Shown piece by piece: positions 52,233-62,265 of a DNA stretch of 63,154 nt (positions are counted from its first letter, which is position 1; each line of letters begins with the position of its first letter). Made by a program: the position numbers and the translations under genes. Where the stretch lies: positions 1 to 63,154 of the forward strand of contig CALRDL010000003.1 in NCBI GenBank assembly GCA_943354905.1, given 5' to 3'. This stretch comes from Candidatus Nomurabacteria bacterium. GTDB lineage: Bacteria > Patescibacteriota > Minisyncoccia > Phycocordibacterales > UBA9973. Below the pieces are notes generated by a model, which was given only the letters and a program-made list of their open reading frames with translations, was not told the DNA's origin and made no database searches.

Positions 52233-53429
52233 ATGTTAGATCTAAAAACATTCAAATCAGCATTGGAGCAATTAGAAGAAGAGAAAAAGATTCCAAAAGA
52301 AAAAATATTGGACGCCATCGAACAAGCTATGGCGGCAGCTTATAAAAAAGATTACGGTAAAAAGGGTCAGATAATTCGGGCTAAATTTGACCTTGAAACT
52401 GGTAAAACAGACTTTTTTCAAATTAAAATCGTAGTTGATGATACTATCGCTATCATCGACCAAGAAATGGAGAACAAAGAATATTCTGTAAATAAAAACA
52501 ATGCCTTGATGGATATTGTACTACATGATTCTGCAGAATCAGACGAGCGTGTGCATTTTAATAGTGAACACCATATCATGCTCGAAGATGCGCAGAAAAT
52601 AAAAAAAGGTATAGAGCTAAATGATGAAATAATATTTCCACTAGAAGCCAAAGATGACTATGGGCGTATAGCTGCTCAAACAGCAAAACAAGTCATTATA
52701 CAAAAGATCCGTGAAGCAGAACGCACTTCTATCATAGATGAATATGGCACAAAAGAAGGAGAAATAATCTCTGGAGTAGTACAGAAAGTAGAACGAGGCA
52801 ATGTCTATGTTGATTTTAATCGTGCTACAGGCATCCTACCAGTCGAAGAACAAATCCCAGGTGAATATTTTGTTCGTGGACAGAGAATTCGTGCTTATCT
52901 CTTTTCAGTTGAAGATTCTCCACGAGGTATAAACCTTCGCCTTTCTCGGACACATCCTAAATTCATAGAGAAACTTTTCCGAGTTGAAGCCCCAGAAATA
53001 GAAAATGGTATTGTGGAAATAAAATCTATAGCCAGAGAAGCTGGTGCTCGTTCAAAAATAGCCGTCCATTCAAATGATGAACATATTGATGCAGTTGGTT
53101 CATGTGTCGGACAAAAAGGAACTCGCGTAAACACTGTCACAAATGAACTCGGAGGAGAAAAGATAGATATTATCCCTTGGTCAGTAGATCCGAAAATATT
53201 TGTAACCAATTCTCTCTCTCCAGCAAAAGTATTATCTATAGAAATAGAAGAGCAAGACCATAAAGCAATAGTAGAAGTAGCTGATGATCAACTTTCTCTA
53301 GCCATAGGAAAAGGTGGTCAAAATGTACGCTTAGCCGCTAAACTCACAGGTTGGAGAATAGACATAAAAGGCGATGGCACAATCACTGAAGAAAAAGAAG
53401 CTCCCATGGTTGAAAAAAAGGAAGAATAG
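52233..53429 (+). CDS. nusA: Transcription termination/antitermination factor NusA
   Basis: N-terminal domain, S1 (GEIISGVVQKVERGNVYVDF) and two KH domains (GxxG: GQKGTRV, GKGGQNV). Confidence 0.9.
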   Translation: MLDLKTFKSALEQLEEEKKIPKEKILDAIEQAMAAAYKKDYGKKGQIIRAKFDLETGKTDFFQIKIVVDDTIAIIDQEMENKEYSVNKNNALMDIVLHDSAESDERVHFNSEHHIMLEDAQKIKKGIELNDEIIFPLEAKDDYGRIAAQTAKQVIIQKIREAERTSIIDEYGTKEGEIISGVVQKVERGNVYVDFNRATGILPVEEQIPGEYFVRGQRIRAYLFSVEDSPRGINLRLSRTHPKFIEKLFRVEAPEIENGIVEIKSIAREAGARSKIAVHSNDEHIDAVGSCVGQKGTRVNTVTNELGGEKIDIIPWSVDPKIFVTNSLSPAKVLSIEIEEQDHKAIVEVADDQLSLAIGKGGQNVRLAAKLTGWRIDIKGDGTITEEKEAPMVEKKEE

Positions 53430-53444
53430 ACTTATACTATACTT

Positions 53445-54041
53445 ATGGCAAATATAAATCATAAACCTTCAAAATACATGCTAAATTTATTGCATGTTCT
53501 TCCCGCTTTTATAAATGAAGATAACAGTGAGAAAAATGACGTAATAAACTCTATAATAGAGATCAACAAAGGTTCAATAAATAAATACGAAACCATCACA
53601 GAATCAGGTCAACTCAAACTCGACCGAGTTGGATATTCTTCACTCGCCTACCCTTTTGCTTATGGTGCTATTCCCAAGACTTGGGATTATGATGGTGATC
53701 CACTCGATGTCGAGATCGTAAATGTCATGGAGCCACTAATCCCCGGCTGTCTTGTTGAAGCTCGAGTTATTGGAGTAATGAAATTCGTTGATGGCGGAGA
53801 AGTAGATGACAAAATCATCGCTGTTTTGGCTGATGATAAAAGAAGTGAACATATTCAGTCCATCGAAGACCTCGGTGAACAATTTAAAAAAGAAACTACT
53901 TATTTCTGGGAACATATAAAATATCTAAAAAAACCAGGAACAGGTATAACTAAAGGATTTTTTGACAAAGACGAAGCTATTAAAGTCATCAAAGAATGCG
54001 AAGAAAGATACAAAGAAATCTACTTGAAGAATTTTGAATAG
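53445..54041 (+). CDS. ppa: Inorganic pyrophosphatase (family I)
   Basis: IEINKGSINKYE...YGAIPKTWDYDGDPLDV motif. Confidence 0.85.
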   Translation: MANINHKPSKYMLNLLHVLPAFINEDNSEKNDVINSIIEINKGSINKYETITESGQLKLDRVGYSSLAYPFAYGAIPKTWDYDGDPLDVEIVNVMEPLIPGCLVEARVIGVMKFVDGGEVDDKIIAVLADDKRSEHIQSIEDLGEQFKKETTYFWEHIKYLKKPGTGITKGFFDKDEAIKVIKECEERYKEIYLKNFE

Positions 54042-54128
54042 TCTCTAAATAATCTTGTTGTACAAATAGACTTCATAGGGTGTATAATAAACCCAGGTCA
54101 GCATTATAATAATTAATATATAAAAATT

Positions 54129-54854
54129 ATGAAAAAATATTTAGGTTTTTTGATTATTGTGGGTTTATTGAGTTTTGTGGGTTTAGTTCAAGCTGAGAAA
54201 GAATTGGATAATTCTGATACAATTTGTACCCAAGATGCTAAACAATGCCCCGATGGATCTTATGTTAGTAGAACAGGTCCAAGATGTGAATATACAGCAT
54301 GCCCCGGAGAAGCTCCAAGAAATTCTAAAGAACGTGAAAGAAAAGAAGAAATGATGAAAAAAACAAGAAAAGAAGTCTTTCTCACGGATATAAAAAAAGA
54401 TAGAGAAAGCTTTTTGACTGAATTAAAAACTAAAAAAGAAGAATGGAAAACTGCTGATACTGAAAAGAAAAAAGACTTTTGTGAAAAAGCAAAAGAGATG
54501 GTTACTAAAAAATTCGAGGTTGCTACAACCGAACTCGAAAAGTCTCAGACTAGAATTGGAATAGTGATCGAAAAATTAAAAAAAGAAGGTAAGAATACTA
54601 CTCTTGCACAGGAATCTTTAGACTTATCAAAACAAAAATTAGCCGAAGCAAAAACCAAATTGACTGAAGTGAGAGCTTTAATACCGACTGATTGTATAAC
54701 GATAACACCAGAAATCTTTGAAAAAATAAAACTTGGCGCTAGAGTTGCCAAAGACCTATTAAAAGAATCTAAGGACAGTCTGCATCAAGCTATAAAAGAA
54801 ATAAAGAACTTGCGTGGTGAAAATGTAAAAAAAGAGGAAAAAGAAGTAGAATAA
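54129..54854 (+). CDS. Secreted coiled-coil protein with an N-terminal Cys-rich motif
   Basis: Signal peptide, then CTQDAKQCPDGSYVSRTGPRCEYTACPGE, then a K/E-rich helical region. Confidence 0.6.
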   Translation: MKKYLGFLIIVGLLSFVGLVQAEKELDNSDTICTQDAKQCPDGSYVSRTGPRCEYTACPGEAPRNSKERERKEEMMKKTRKEVFLTDIKKDRESFLTELKTKKEEWKTADTEKKKDFCEKAKEMVTKKFEVATTELEKSQTRIGIVIEKLKKEGKNTTLAQESLDLSKQKLAEAKTKLTEVRALIPTDCITITPEIFEKIKLGARVAKDLLKESKDSLHQAIKEIKNLRGENVKKEEKEVE

Positions 54855-54880
54855 AACATTATTAAACTAATAATAAAAAT

Positions 54881-55099
54881 ATGGAACCAGAACAAAAATC
54901 AAATGGAGCCTTAGTAGGATTAATTGTTATCATCACAATCCTGATCCTAGGTGGAGTATATCTTTGGAATCAAAACCAAAAGAATAACTCCGAGTTAGAA
55001 AAAAAAATAAGCGAGACTTCGACTAGTGATGAAAACACTACAGAAATGCAGGCAAATTTAAATAGTGTGGATCTCGAAAATTTAGACAGTGCAATATAA
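54881..55099 (+). CDS. Small single-pass membrane protein
   Basis: 72 aa with TM helix GALVGLIVIITILILGGVYLW. Confidence 0.45.
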   Translation: MEPEQKSNGALVGLIVIITILILGGVYLWNQNQKNNSELEKKISETSTSDENTTEMQANLNSVDLENLDSAI

Positions 55100-55125
55100 A
55101 AAGCAATAAGAAACTACCAAAAAAA

Positions 55126-55152
55126 GCCCCGAGATATATCGGGGCTTTTTTT
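55126..55152 (+). terminator. Rho-independent terminator
   Basis: gcccc-gagatatatc-ggggc followed by T7. Confidence 0.8.
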
Positions 55153-55186
55153 GACAAAACCACTTTAACAATATAAACTGGAAAAC

Positions 55187-56347
55187 ATGAAAATAACTAT
55201 AAAAAAATTACCGAAAAGCATCATAGAGATCGAAGGAGAAATCGATGTTGATATTTTCGAAACTTATTTCAACACAGCTTTAAAGAAAATCGGAGAAAAT
55301 GTAAAATTAGATGGATTCAGGAAAGGCAAAATTCCAGAAAATGTACTTCTTTCTAATGTTCCAGAAATAACCATATTAGAAGAGATGGCTCAAATGGCTT
55401 TGAATGATCATTATCCGAAAATTATTGCAGGAGAAATGGGCAATGAGAAAATTGATGCTATCAGTCGACCAGAAATTTCAATCACAAAGTTGGCTCGCAA
55501 AAACCCACTCGGATTCAAAATCCAAACTGCAGTCTTACCCGAGATCACTCTCCCCGACTATAAAAATATTGCCAAAATTATAATTTCAAAAATCACCGAC
55601 GCAGAAAAAAATACAGATGTTACTGAGGAAGATTTAGAAAATACTATTCTCGATATCAGGAAATCTCGAGCTCCAAAAGTAAAGATGGCGGACGCAACCC
55701 CTCCCAACCTGTCTGAGCAGGCAGACATCCCATTATCAGGAGAGGAAAATGGACTTCCCCCTGACAAGGAGGAAAATAAGGAGGCTGAGCCAGAACCCGC
55801 CCGAACGACTGAAGACGTTCAGTCGGGCGGGTTGCCCATTTTTGACGATGCTTTTGTTCAGGCTCTTGGGCCCTTTACAGATATCGCCGACTTTAAAACC
55901 AAACTCCGAGAAAATATAAAGATAGAAAAAGAAAATCTAGCCAAAGAAAAGACTCGTTTACAGATTATTGAAAAAATAATCGAAGACAGTACACTTGAAG
56001 TTCCAGAAATTCTGATTGAAATAGAATTAAATAAAATATTACAGAGAATGGAGTCTGATATCACTCAGATGGGGCTCAAGTTTGACGATTACTTGAAACA
56101 TTTGAATAAAACTATTGATGATTTAAAGAAAGATTTTCGAACTGATGGCGAGAAAAAAGCAAAATTAGCTCTAATTTTAAACGAGATAGCTAAAGTCGAA
56201 AAAATTCTCGCCGATGAAGAACAAGTTGCTAAAGAAGTCGCCCATATACTCGAACACTACAAAGATGCCGACCCCGAGCGCGCGCGGATGCATGCAGAGA
56301 ACGTCCTCACGAACGAAAAGATTTTTCAATTCTTAGAAAATCTTTAA
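55187..56347 (+). CDS. tig: Trigger factor lacking the FKBP/PPIase domain
   Basis: The N-terminal ribosome-binding motif GFRKGKIP and the C-terminal arm domains are present. The middle section is a GC-rich repeat-derived segment instead of a PPIase domain. Confidence 0.8.
   Translation: MKITIKKLPKSIIEIEGEIDVDIFETYFNTALKKIGENVKLDGFRKGKIPENVLLSNVPEITILEEMAQMALNDHYPKIIAGEMGNEKIDAISRPEISITKLARKNPLGFKIQTAVLPEITLPDYKNIAKIIISKITDAEKNTDVTEEDLENTILDIRKSRAPKVKMADATPPNLSEQADIPLSGEENGLPPDKEENKEAEPEPARTTEDVQSGGLPIFDDAFVQALGPFTDIADFKTKLRENIKIEKENLAKEKTRLQIIEKIIEDSTLEVPEILIEIELNKILQRMESDITQMGLKFDDYLKHLNKTIDDLKKDFRTDGEKKAKLALILNEIAKVEKILADEEQVAKEVAHILEHYKDADPERARMHAENVLTNEKIFQFLENL
55793..55832. repeat. 40-nt GC-rich hairpin inside tig
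   Basis: aacccgcccga pairs with tcgggcgggtt (11-bp outer stem), with an inner ctgaa/ttcag stem. Confidence 0.85.
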
Positions 56348-56380
56348 GGACTTGAAAAAAACTTAAATAAGATATATTAT

Positions 56381-56983
56381 ATGGTTATGTTAATACCAAC
56401 TGTCATAGAAAAGTCTCAATTTGGTGAACGAGCTTACGATATTTATTCACGTCTGCTTCGTGAGCGCATAGTGTTCTTAGCTGGACCGATAGATGACCAG
56501 ACTGCCAACATTATCATTGCTCAACTTCTATTCTTAGAATCCGAAGATTCCAAAAAAGATATCTATTTGTATATAAACTCTCCAGGTGGGTCAGTCACTT
56601 CCACCTTGGCCATAGTCGATACTATGAACCATATCCGTCCGGATGTCTCCACTTTCTGTGTTGGAATAGCTGCTTCCGGTGCGGCGATGGTTTTGTCGTC
56701 TGGGAAAAAAGGAAAAAGATTTATTCTCCCAAATGCCGAAGTAATGATCCATCAACCTTTAGGTGGAGTCGAAGGCCAAGCGACAGACATAGCCATCAGT
56801 GCTAAACACATATTGAAAACAAGAGATAATCTAAATAAATTACTTGCAAAAAATACTGGCAAGTCTTTACCTCAAATAGAAAAAGATGTAGAACGAGACT
56901 TCTTTATGGACGCCCCGGAAGCAAAAACTTATGGAATAATAGATGAAATAGTCACAAAGTCCAAAGCTCCAGAGAAAAAATAA
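56381..56983 (+). CDS. clpP: ATP-dependent Clp protease proteolytic subunit
   Basis: [21 protein letters not shown] (catalytic Ser) and MIHQP motifs. Confidence 0.95.
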   Translation: MVMLIPTVIEKSQFGERAYDIYSRLLRERIVFLAGPIDDQTANIIIAQLLFLESEDSKKDIYLYINSPGGSVTSTLAIVDTMNHIRPDVSTFCVGIAASGAAMVLSSGKKGKRFILPNAEVMIHQPLGGVEGQATDIAISAKHILKTRDNLNKLLAKNTGKSLPQIEKDVERDFFMDAPEAKTYGIIDEIVTKSKAPEKK

Positions 56984-56987
56984 ACTT

Positions 56988-57290
56988 ATGGACAAAAAAT
57001 TTTTTAATATATACAATTATGAAACAAAAACTCGAGCCAAAGAAGCTCTGCGTAGTGCTAATGCCGAAAGAGAGAGAATTAAAAAAATATATTTAGAAGC
57101 AATTAAAAAATTTTATGAAGAGAGTAGATCAAGTGATCCTAATTTCAAACTCTCTCTCAAAAATTTAGATACATATATTAAGAACAATAAAGAAATTTTC
57201 TTAGGTTTAAATTCGGCAGGCAGTGTTTTACAATACTTTAACTGCATGATAAGTTCTTTAGAGATTGCACTAGGTATTAAAAGTGTGTAA
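56988..57290 (+). CDS. Hypothetical helical protein
   Basis: 100-aa ORF 4 nt after clpP, in the slot where clpX usually follows. Confidence 0.45.
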   Translation: MDKKFFNIYNYETKTRAKEALRSANAERERIKKIYLEAIKKFYEESRSSDPNFKLSLKNLDTYIKNNKEIFLGLNSAGSVLQYFNCMISSLEIALGIKSV

Positions 57291-57333
57291 TTAATTAGCA
57301 AGATTCCAATTTGGATATAGAATTTCCCAATAC

Positions 57334-57639
57334 CTAAGCCAACTCAACTTCTTTGTTAAATACTTTGGCAATTCTATTTAAAGTGCCAAGAGAAAAACCA
57401 TGTGTACCGCTTTCAATTCGAGCAATTACGGATTGTGGCATTTGAGCTTTTCCTGCAACATCCTTTTGTGTAAGATGTTTTTCCAAACGAATTTTTTTGA
57501 TTTTGCTAGAAAGTCTTAACCGTACAATTTCCTCATTATAAGCATCTTGAAAAACCCTAGACTTTGAAGCTTTTTTAAAAACTTCTTTAGGTGTATAAAG
57601 TTTTAATATTTCATTTTTACCAACTTTTATTATTTTCAT
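57334..57639 (-). CDS. XRE-family HTH antitoxin (HigA-like)
   Basis: LTQKDVAGKAQMPQSVIARIESG HTH motif. Confidence 0.7.
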   Translation of the reverse strand: MKIIKVGKNEILKLYTPKEVFKKASKSRVFQDAYNEEIVRLRLSSKIKKIRLEKHLTQKDVAGKAQMPQSVIARIESGTHGFSLGTLNRIAKVFNKEVELA

Positions 57640-57643
57640 TTTT

Positions 57644-57967
57644 TTATTGATTATTTATAATTTTCAGTATCTTTTTATATAGTTTTTCAGCATTTTTTAT
57701 TTCTATTTTTGGGGTTTTGGCAGTTTTTTTAATAAAAGCTCTCATAAAGTAAAATGTGTTTTTATGAATAAAGAAAACAAATCTATATTTTTTTATTATT
57801 AATTCTTTGATCGATGTTTTAAGAGTTTTAATATAAAGAGATTTAAATTCTCCAGATTCTATTGCTGTGACAATACCATTTATTTTACCTTGATCTTCAT
57901 TTGGCAAGGTCGCAATAAAATTTTTTACATTATCAAAAAATAAAACAGAATATTGACTTTCCATCAC
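57644..57967 (-). CDS. RelE/HigB (Gp49-like) toxin, encoded upstream of its antitoxin
   Basis: IKELIIKKYRFVFFIHKNTFYFMRAFIKKTAKTP pattern with HigBA gene order. Confidence 0.6.
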   Translation of the reverse strand: MMESQYSVLFFDNVKNFIATLPNEDQGKINGIVTAIESGEFKSLYIKTLKTSIKELIIKKYRFVFFIHKNTFYFMRAFIKKTAKTPKIEIKNAEKLYKKILKIINNQ

Positions 57968-57998
57968 TTAATTATAATACGACTACCCCACAAAACCA

Positions 57999-58020
57999 AG
58001 TATAGCAAAATTGCTATACT
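57999..58020. promoter_or_regulatory. Candidate operator palindrome upstream of the higBA-like pair
   Basis: agtatagcaa-aa-ttgctatact with perfect 10-bp arms. Lies next to TTGACA (reverse complement of 58023-58028). Confidence 0.45.
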
Positions 58021-58077
58021 ATTGTCAATAGTAAAACATCGAATTCTCATAGACACTAGAATCTTATCCAAAATTGC

Positions 58078-59967
58078 CTAAACTATTTTAATACTACCAC
58101 CACTATTTCCTGCCATTATATACTCCGCCACTTTATTTTCGACTATTTCTTCCATTGCTCGTTTGACCGGACGAGCACCAAAGTCAGGATCAAACCCAGC
58201 CAAGGCAACCTTATCAATGAGTGCCTCGGTAATTTCTAAATTTATTTTTTTATCAGCAAAAAGTCTTTCTTTAAATTCATTTAACATGATCATTGTAACC
58301 TTTCGAACTTCAGCAACCTTAAGAGGCTTAAAAAGAATAACACTATTGAATCTGTTTAAAAATTCTGGAGCAAAAATATTTTGACTTATCAATTGATTTA
58401 TCAAATTCTTTTTTTCTATATCTGGATTGAGAATGATATCTTTACTACCTGCGTTTGAGGTTGCGATTATGATAGCATTTTTAAAACTCGCTTCTCTACC
58501 AGAATTGCGGGTGATTCTCCCCTCGTCTAAAACTTGTAAAAGTAAATTGCGAATAAGTACGTTGGATTTTTCAAGTTCATCAAAAAATACAAGTGAAAGT
58601 GGGGCCTCTTCGATGGAGACAGCTAGTCTTTCGGTAAAATGCGTCACTGATTCTGGCAATGAAAATTCACTCATATCAAAACGAATCATGGCATTTTTTC
58701 TACCGAAATAACTCTCAGCTAATATTTTAGCAGTATAAGTTTTCCCAACACCAGTCGGCCCTAAAAATAAAAAGCTTCCTGCTGGTTTGCTATGATCGGA
58801 GATACCAGTACGCAAACGAATCAAGGCTTCAGATACATCATTTACTGCTTCATCTTGTCCAATAATCTTTTTTCTCATAGACACCTCGAGACCTCTTAAG
58901 ACCTCTCTCTCATCAGCGTTTATTTCTCCTATGGGTATATTTGTTTTATCAGAAATGATCTGTTGCACGTCGAACACAGTCACAGTTCTTCCCAAAGTCT
59001 GCAATTCTTCCAAGATTAAAAGCGATTTCAAAGGTTCGGATTGATTGTGGATCAGACGATCAGCCAGACGAACTATCTCCAATATTGCCTCATCTTCAAT
59101 GGATATCGAAAGTGCATAAGCTTCGTTTTGAATTATAGAAATTGTATCTTCTTGGTTTGTTCCTTCTATATCGATTTTTTCAAATTTAGAAAGAAATTCG
59201 GGATGATTTTTAAGAACCTTGTCATGGTTTAAAGAATCAGTCGTGACTATTATTCCTAAAGTTGAAGTCTCTAGATATGGCATCAATTTTTCATACGAAG
59301 ATTCATAGTTATGAATGTTTTCGATGACAATAATTACGTTACCGGCATTTACTCCTTCTGTTAGGCATCGTTCGAAATCCTCCAAGCTGATTCCTTCGAC
59401 AGACAATTCTACAACTCGATGATTACGAATACCAGAAAAAGAAAGTCCGGATTGTCCGAGACGTCCTAAATGAGAAATCAAGGTGGATTTACCACTTCCA
59501 GTATCTCCAACGAGTAAAATATTACGATTGGATTGTTTTGAAAGTCCGCGTTCAATCATTCGCAAAGCTTTTTCTTTTCCATAAATTTTCTGCCGAGAAG
59601 ATCCGACAATATTTCGTCCATGAATATTTAGACTCCAAGTGTCTCCATGAGAAAGTGAACTACCAAAACTTCCAAGATTTTGCAAATATTCCTGATTTAT
59701 TTTTATCGGTATGAAAAAAAAGACAGGAAAAGTTAGAATAACTAAAAAAGTAAATATAAGTCCTAGGATAATGAGAATCATGCGTACCACTAATCCTAAA
59801 ACTCGAGAGAAAATAGCGAAAACAAATTTTTCCAAAAGTCCTGCGTTTTCTCCGGCGTCCCGATCATTCTTCCAAGGAGAAAAAAGAGTATTTAAAAGAA
59901 GTGGGATCGAAAAAGCATTGAAAGCGTAAATCACAAGATTCTTCCATAATTGTAACCCAGAGTACAT
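58078..59967 (-). CDS. Membrane-anchored double AAA+ ATPase (ClpA/B/C-like)
   Basis: Two N-terminal TM segments. D1 Walker A is GDTGSGKS. D2 has IIGQDEAV...LFLGPTGVGKT, Walker B VFFDELEK and a C-terminal D2-small domain. Confidence 0.75.
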   Translation of the reverse strand: MYSGLQLWKNLVIYAFNAFSIPLLLNTLFSPWKNDRDAGENAGLLEKFVFAIFSRVLGLVVRMILIILGLIFTFLVILTFPVFFFIPIKINQEYLQNLGSFGSSLSHGDTWSLNIHGRNIVGSSRQKIYGKEKALRMIERGLSKQSNRNILLVGDTGSGKSTLISHLGRLGQSGLSFSGIRNHRVVELSVEGISLEDFERCLTEGVNAGNVIIVIENIHNYESSYEKLMPYLETSTLGIIVTTDSLNHDKVLKNHPEFLSKFEKIDIEGTNQEDTISIIQNEAYALSISIEDEAILEIVRLADRLIHNQSEPLKSLLILEELQTLGRTVTVFDVQQIISDKTNIPIGEINADEREVLRGLEVSMRKKIIGQDEAVNDVSEALIRLRTGISDHSKPAGSFLFLGPTGVGKTYTAKILAESYFGRKNAMIRFDMSEFSLPESVTHFTERLAVSIEEAPLSLVFFDELEKSNVLIRNLLLQVLDEGRITRNSGREASFKNAIIIATSNAGSKDIILNPDIEKKNLINQLISQNIFAPEFLNRFNSVILFKPLKVAEVRKVTMIMLNEFKERLFADKKINLEITEALIDKVALAGFDPDFGARPVKRAMEEIVENKVAEYIMAGNSGGSIKIV

Positions 59968-60192
59968 AAGAACATTCTAGCACAAAATGGACAAAAAGTG
60001 AGCAATTTGGTATACTAAAAATGTTGAATTTTAAAAATTAGAATTGAGTTTAGAGGAATATCCCATATATTATGAAGTTTACAAGAGAAAAAATAAGTGA
60101 AAAATTAAAATCCTTCCTACAAAGTATTTTCTTGGAAATAAAGCAACACCGAAAGTAATATACGGCACGTTCTTATAAGCTCACACAAGCTT

Positions 60193-61725
60193 ATGAACAT
60201 AACATTGGTAACAATACTTATGAGCGCAGGCGCGCTTGTTTTGGGTATTGTAATAGGATACTTCCTTCGCGTATTGATAGCGCTTGGAAAAAGAAGGTCC
60301 ATCGAGATAGATATCAAACAAATGATGGTAGGGGCAAAAGAAGAAGCTCAGAGGATAACTGATGAAGCCAAAAAGCTCTCAGAAACCAAGTTCCTAGAGT
60401 TAAAAGAAGAGGAAAAGAAGAAAGAACAAGAGTTTAAGGAAAAGGACGTAAGACTTATTAAAAAAGATGAATTCTTAGATGCGCGTCAAGTAGAAATAGA
60501 CAAAGAAGTAGACAGTATAAAATTAAAAGTAGAAGAAATAAAAAAAATCCAAGAAAAAGTCTTGAAGATAGAAGATGAAAAGAGAACTGAACTCGAAAGA
60601 GTTTCAAAGTTGTCCGAAAATGAAGCCAAAGAAGAATTGTTAAAAGATATTGAGAAGAAATACGAAGAAGATATCTTAGTTAGAATTCAAAAACTTGAAA
60701 ATACTAATGAGGAAAAACTAGATCGTCGAGCAAAAGACATCTTGGCGACAAGTATCCAACGTCTAGCTTCCAGTACAGCATCCGAACTCATGACTACTGT
60801 CGTTGCTATACCAAACAACGAAATCAAAGGCAAAATCATTGGGAAAGAAGGACGAAATATTCGCGCTTTTGAAAGAGCCTCTGGAGTTGAGCTCATTGTC
60901 GATGATACTCCGGGGTCTATTGTTATCTCTTCTTTCGATCCGATTCGCCGACAAGTCGCTCGCCTAGCCCTCGAGAATCTAATCCTAGATGGCAGAATTC
61001 AGCCAGCCAAAATAGAAGAATTAGTCGATAAAGCCAAAGAAGAAATAAATAAAATAATCAAAGAAAAAGGTGAGCAAGCTGTTTATGAATGTGGGATTTT
61101 CAACTTCGATCCACGCATAGTCGCCATAATCGGACGTCTATATTTTCGTACAAGTTACGGTCAAAATGTCCTCCAGCACTCCATCGAGATGACTCACATA
61201 GCTGGAATGCTCGCTGAAGAACTCGGTGCGGATGTAGCTATAGCCAAAGCTGGTGCATTGGTCCACGACATAGGTAAAGCTCTCGACCACGAAGTCCAAG
61301 GCACTCACATAGAGATAGGTATGAGAATTTTGCAGAAATTTGGGGCAGACGAACGCATAATCACGGCTATGAAGTCCCACCACGAAGATTATCCTTATGA
61401 AACAATAGAGTCAATCATTGTCCAGACAGCTGATGCTATATCTGGAGGCCGTCCTGGAGCTCGCCGAGATTCAGTAGAAAATTATTTAAAAAGATTACAA
61501 GAACTTGAAGCATTGGTAAACGCCTTCCCTGCTGTCGAAAAATCATACGCTCTTCAAGCTGGACGTGAAATAAGAATTTTTGTTACACCTGATAAAATTT
61601 CTGACGCTGAAGCTAAACTCATGGCTCGTGATATCGCTCTCAAAATAGAACAAGAATTAAAATACCCAGGTGAAATCAAAGTCACCATGATCCGCGAAAC
61701 TAGGATTATCGAATACGCGAGATAA
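60193..61725 (+). CDS. rny: Ribonuclease Y
   Basis: N-terminal TM helix, coiled coil, KH (GKIIGKEGRNIR) and HD domain (HDIGK). Confidence 0.9.
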   Translation: MNITLVTILMSAGALVLGIVIGYFLRVLIALGKRRSIEIDIKQMMVGAKEEAQRITDEAKKLSETKFLELKEEEKKKEQEFKEKDVRLIKKDEFLDARQVEIDKEVDSIKLKVEEIKKIQEKVLKIEDEKRTELERVSKLSENEAKEELLKDIEKKYEEDILVRIQKLENTNEEKLDRRAKDILATSIQRLASSTASELMTTVVAIPNNEIKGKIIGKEGRNIRAFERASGVELIVDDTPGSIVISSFDPIRRQVARLALENLILDGRIQPAKIEELVDKAKEEINKIIKEKGEQAVYECGIFNFDPRIVAIIGRLYFRTSYGQNVLQHSIEMTHIAGMLAEELGADVAIAKAGALVHDIGKALDHEVQGTHIEIGMRILQKFGADERIITAMKSHHEDYPYETIESIIVQTADAISGGRPGARRDSVENYLKRLQELEALVNAFPAVEKSYALQAGREIRIFVTPDKISDAEAKLMARDIALKIEQELKYPGEIKVTMIRETRIIEYAR

Positions 61726-61728
61726 ACC

Positions 61729-61749
61729 CATCAAGGTTAAACCTTGATG
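61729..61749. repeat. Hairpin repeat catcaaggt-taa-accttgatg (copy 1); also the rny terminator position
   Basis: 9-bp arms. Related copies at 62266-62282 and 62298-62316. Confidence 0.8.
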
Positions 61750-61797
61750 TTAAACGAAAGAAGCCCCGTGGCGACTTCCGTCTGCCACAGGGCCAGA

Positions 61798-62181
61798 TTA
61801 CTTTTCGATGCGAATCAAAAAAACGGTCTTCACCGTCCTCTGATTCGCGAGAAAAACGATTTCTCCTTTTTTTATGGGGAGGGAGAAACCCCCCAGAAGT
61901 TGTTTGCGCTCCACAACGCAAGCAACTTTAACTTCCCGCCAAACGGGAATGTTAACTCCAGTCCGGAGAGGAAAAATTCCCCCGAAGAAATCGATTCTCT
62001 TTACGATCACGCCCCCCTCAAACGAGAGGCGCAGTTTGCTGTTTACCCACTCGGCAGTGGGTTCGAGAAAGAATTCCTTCTTCTCGAGACGCACCCCCAT
62101 GCCGGACTCAGCATGGAAAGGATGAGTCTCCTGCCCGGACAAAATCCCGGGCAACAAAACCAAAATAAAAAGTCTCATCAT
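61798..62181 (-). CDS. Small secreted protein in a GC-rich islet
   Basis: ATG preceded by AAAGGAGG. Signal-peptide-like MMRLFILVLLPGILSG. Local GC is clearly above that of its neighbours. Confidence 0.6.
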   Translation of the reverse strand: MMRLFILVLLPGILSGQETHPFHAESGMGVRLEKKEFFLEPTAEWVNSKLRLSFEGGVIVKRIDFFGGIFPLRTGVNIPVWREVKVACVVERKQLLGGFSLPIKKGEIVFLANQRTVKTVFLIRIEK

Positions 62182-62265
62182 GCCACCTCCTTTCTTTTTA
62201 AATTTTTTGTACTACTCAAAAAGAGCATACACCAAACCACCTATAAATATCAAGTCTTTTCACCC

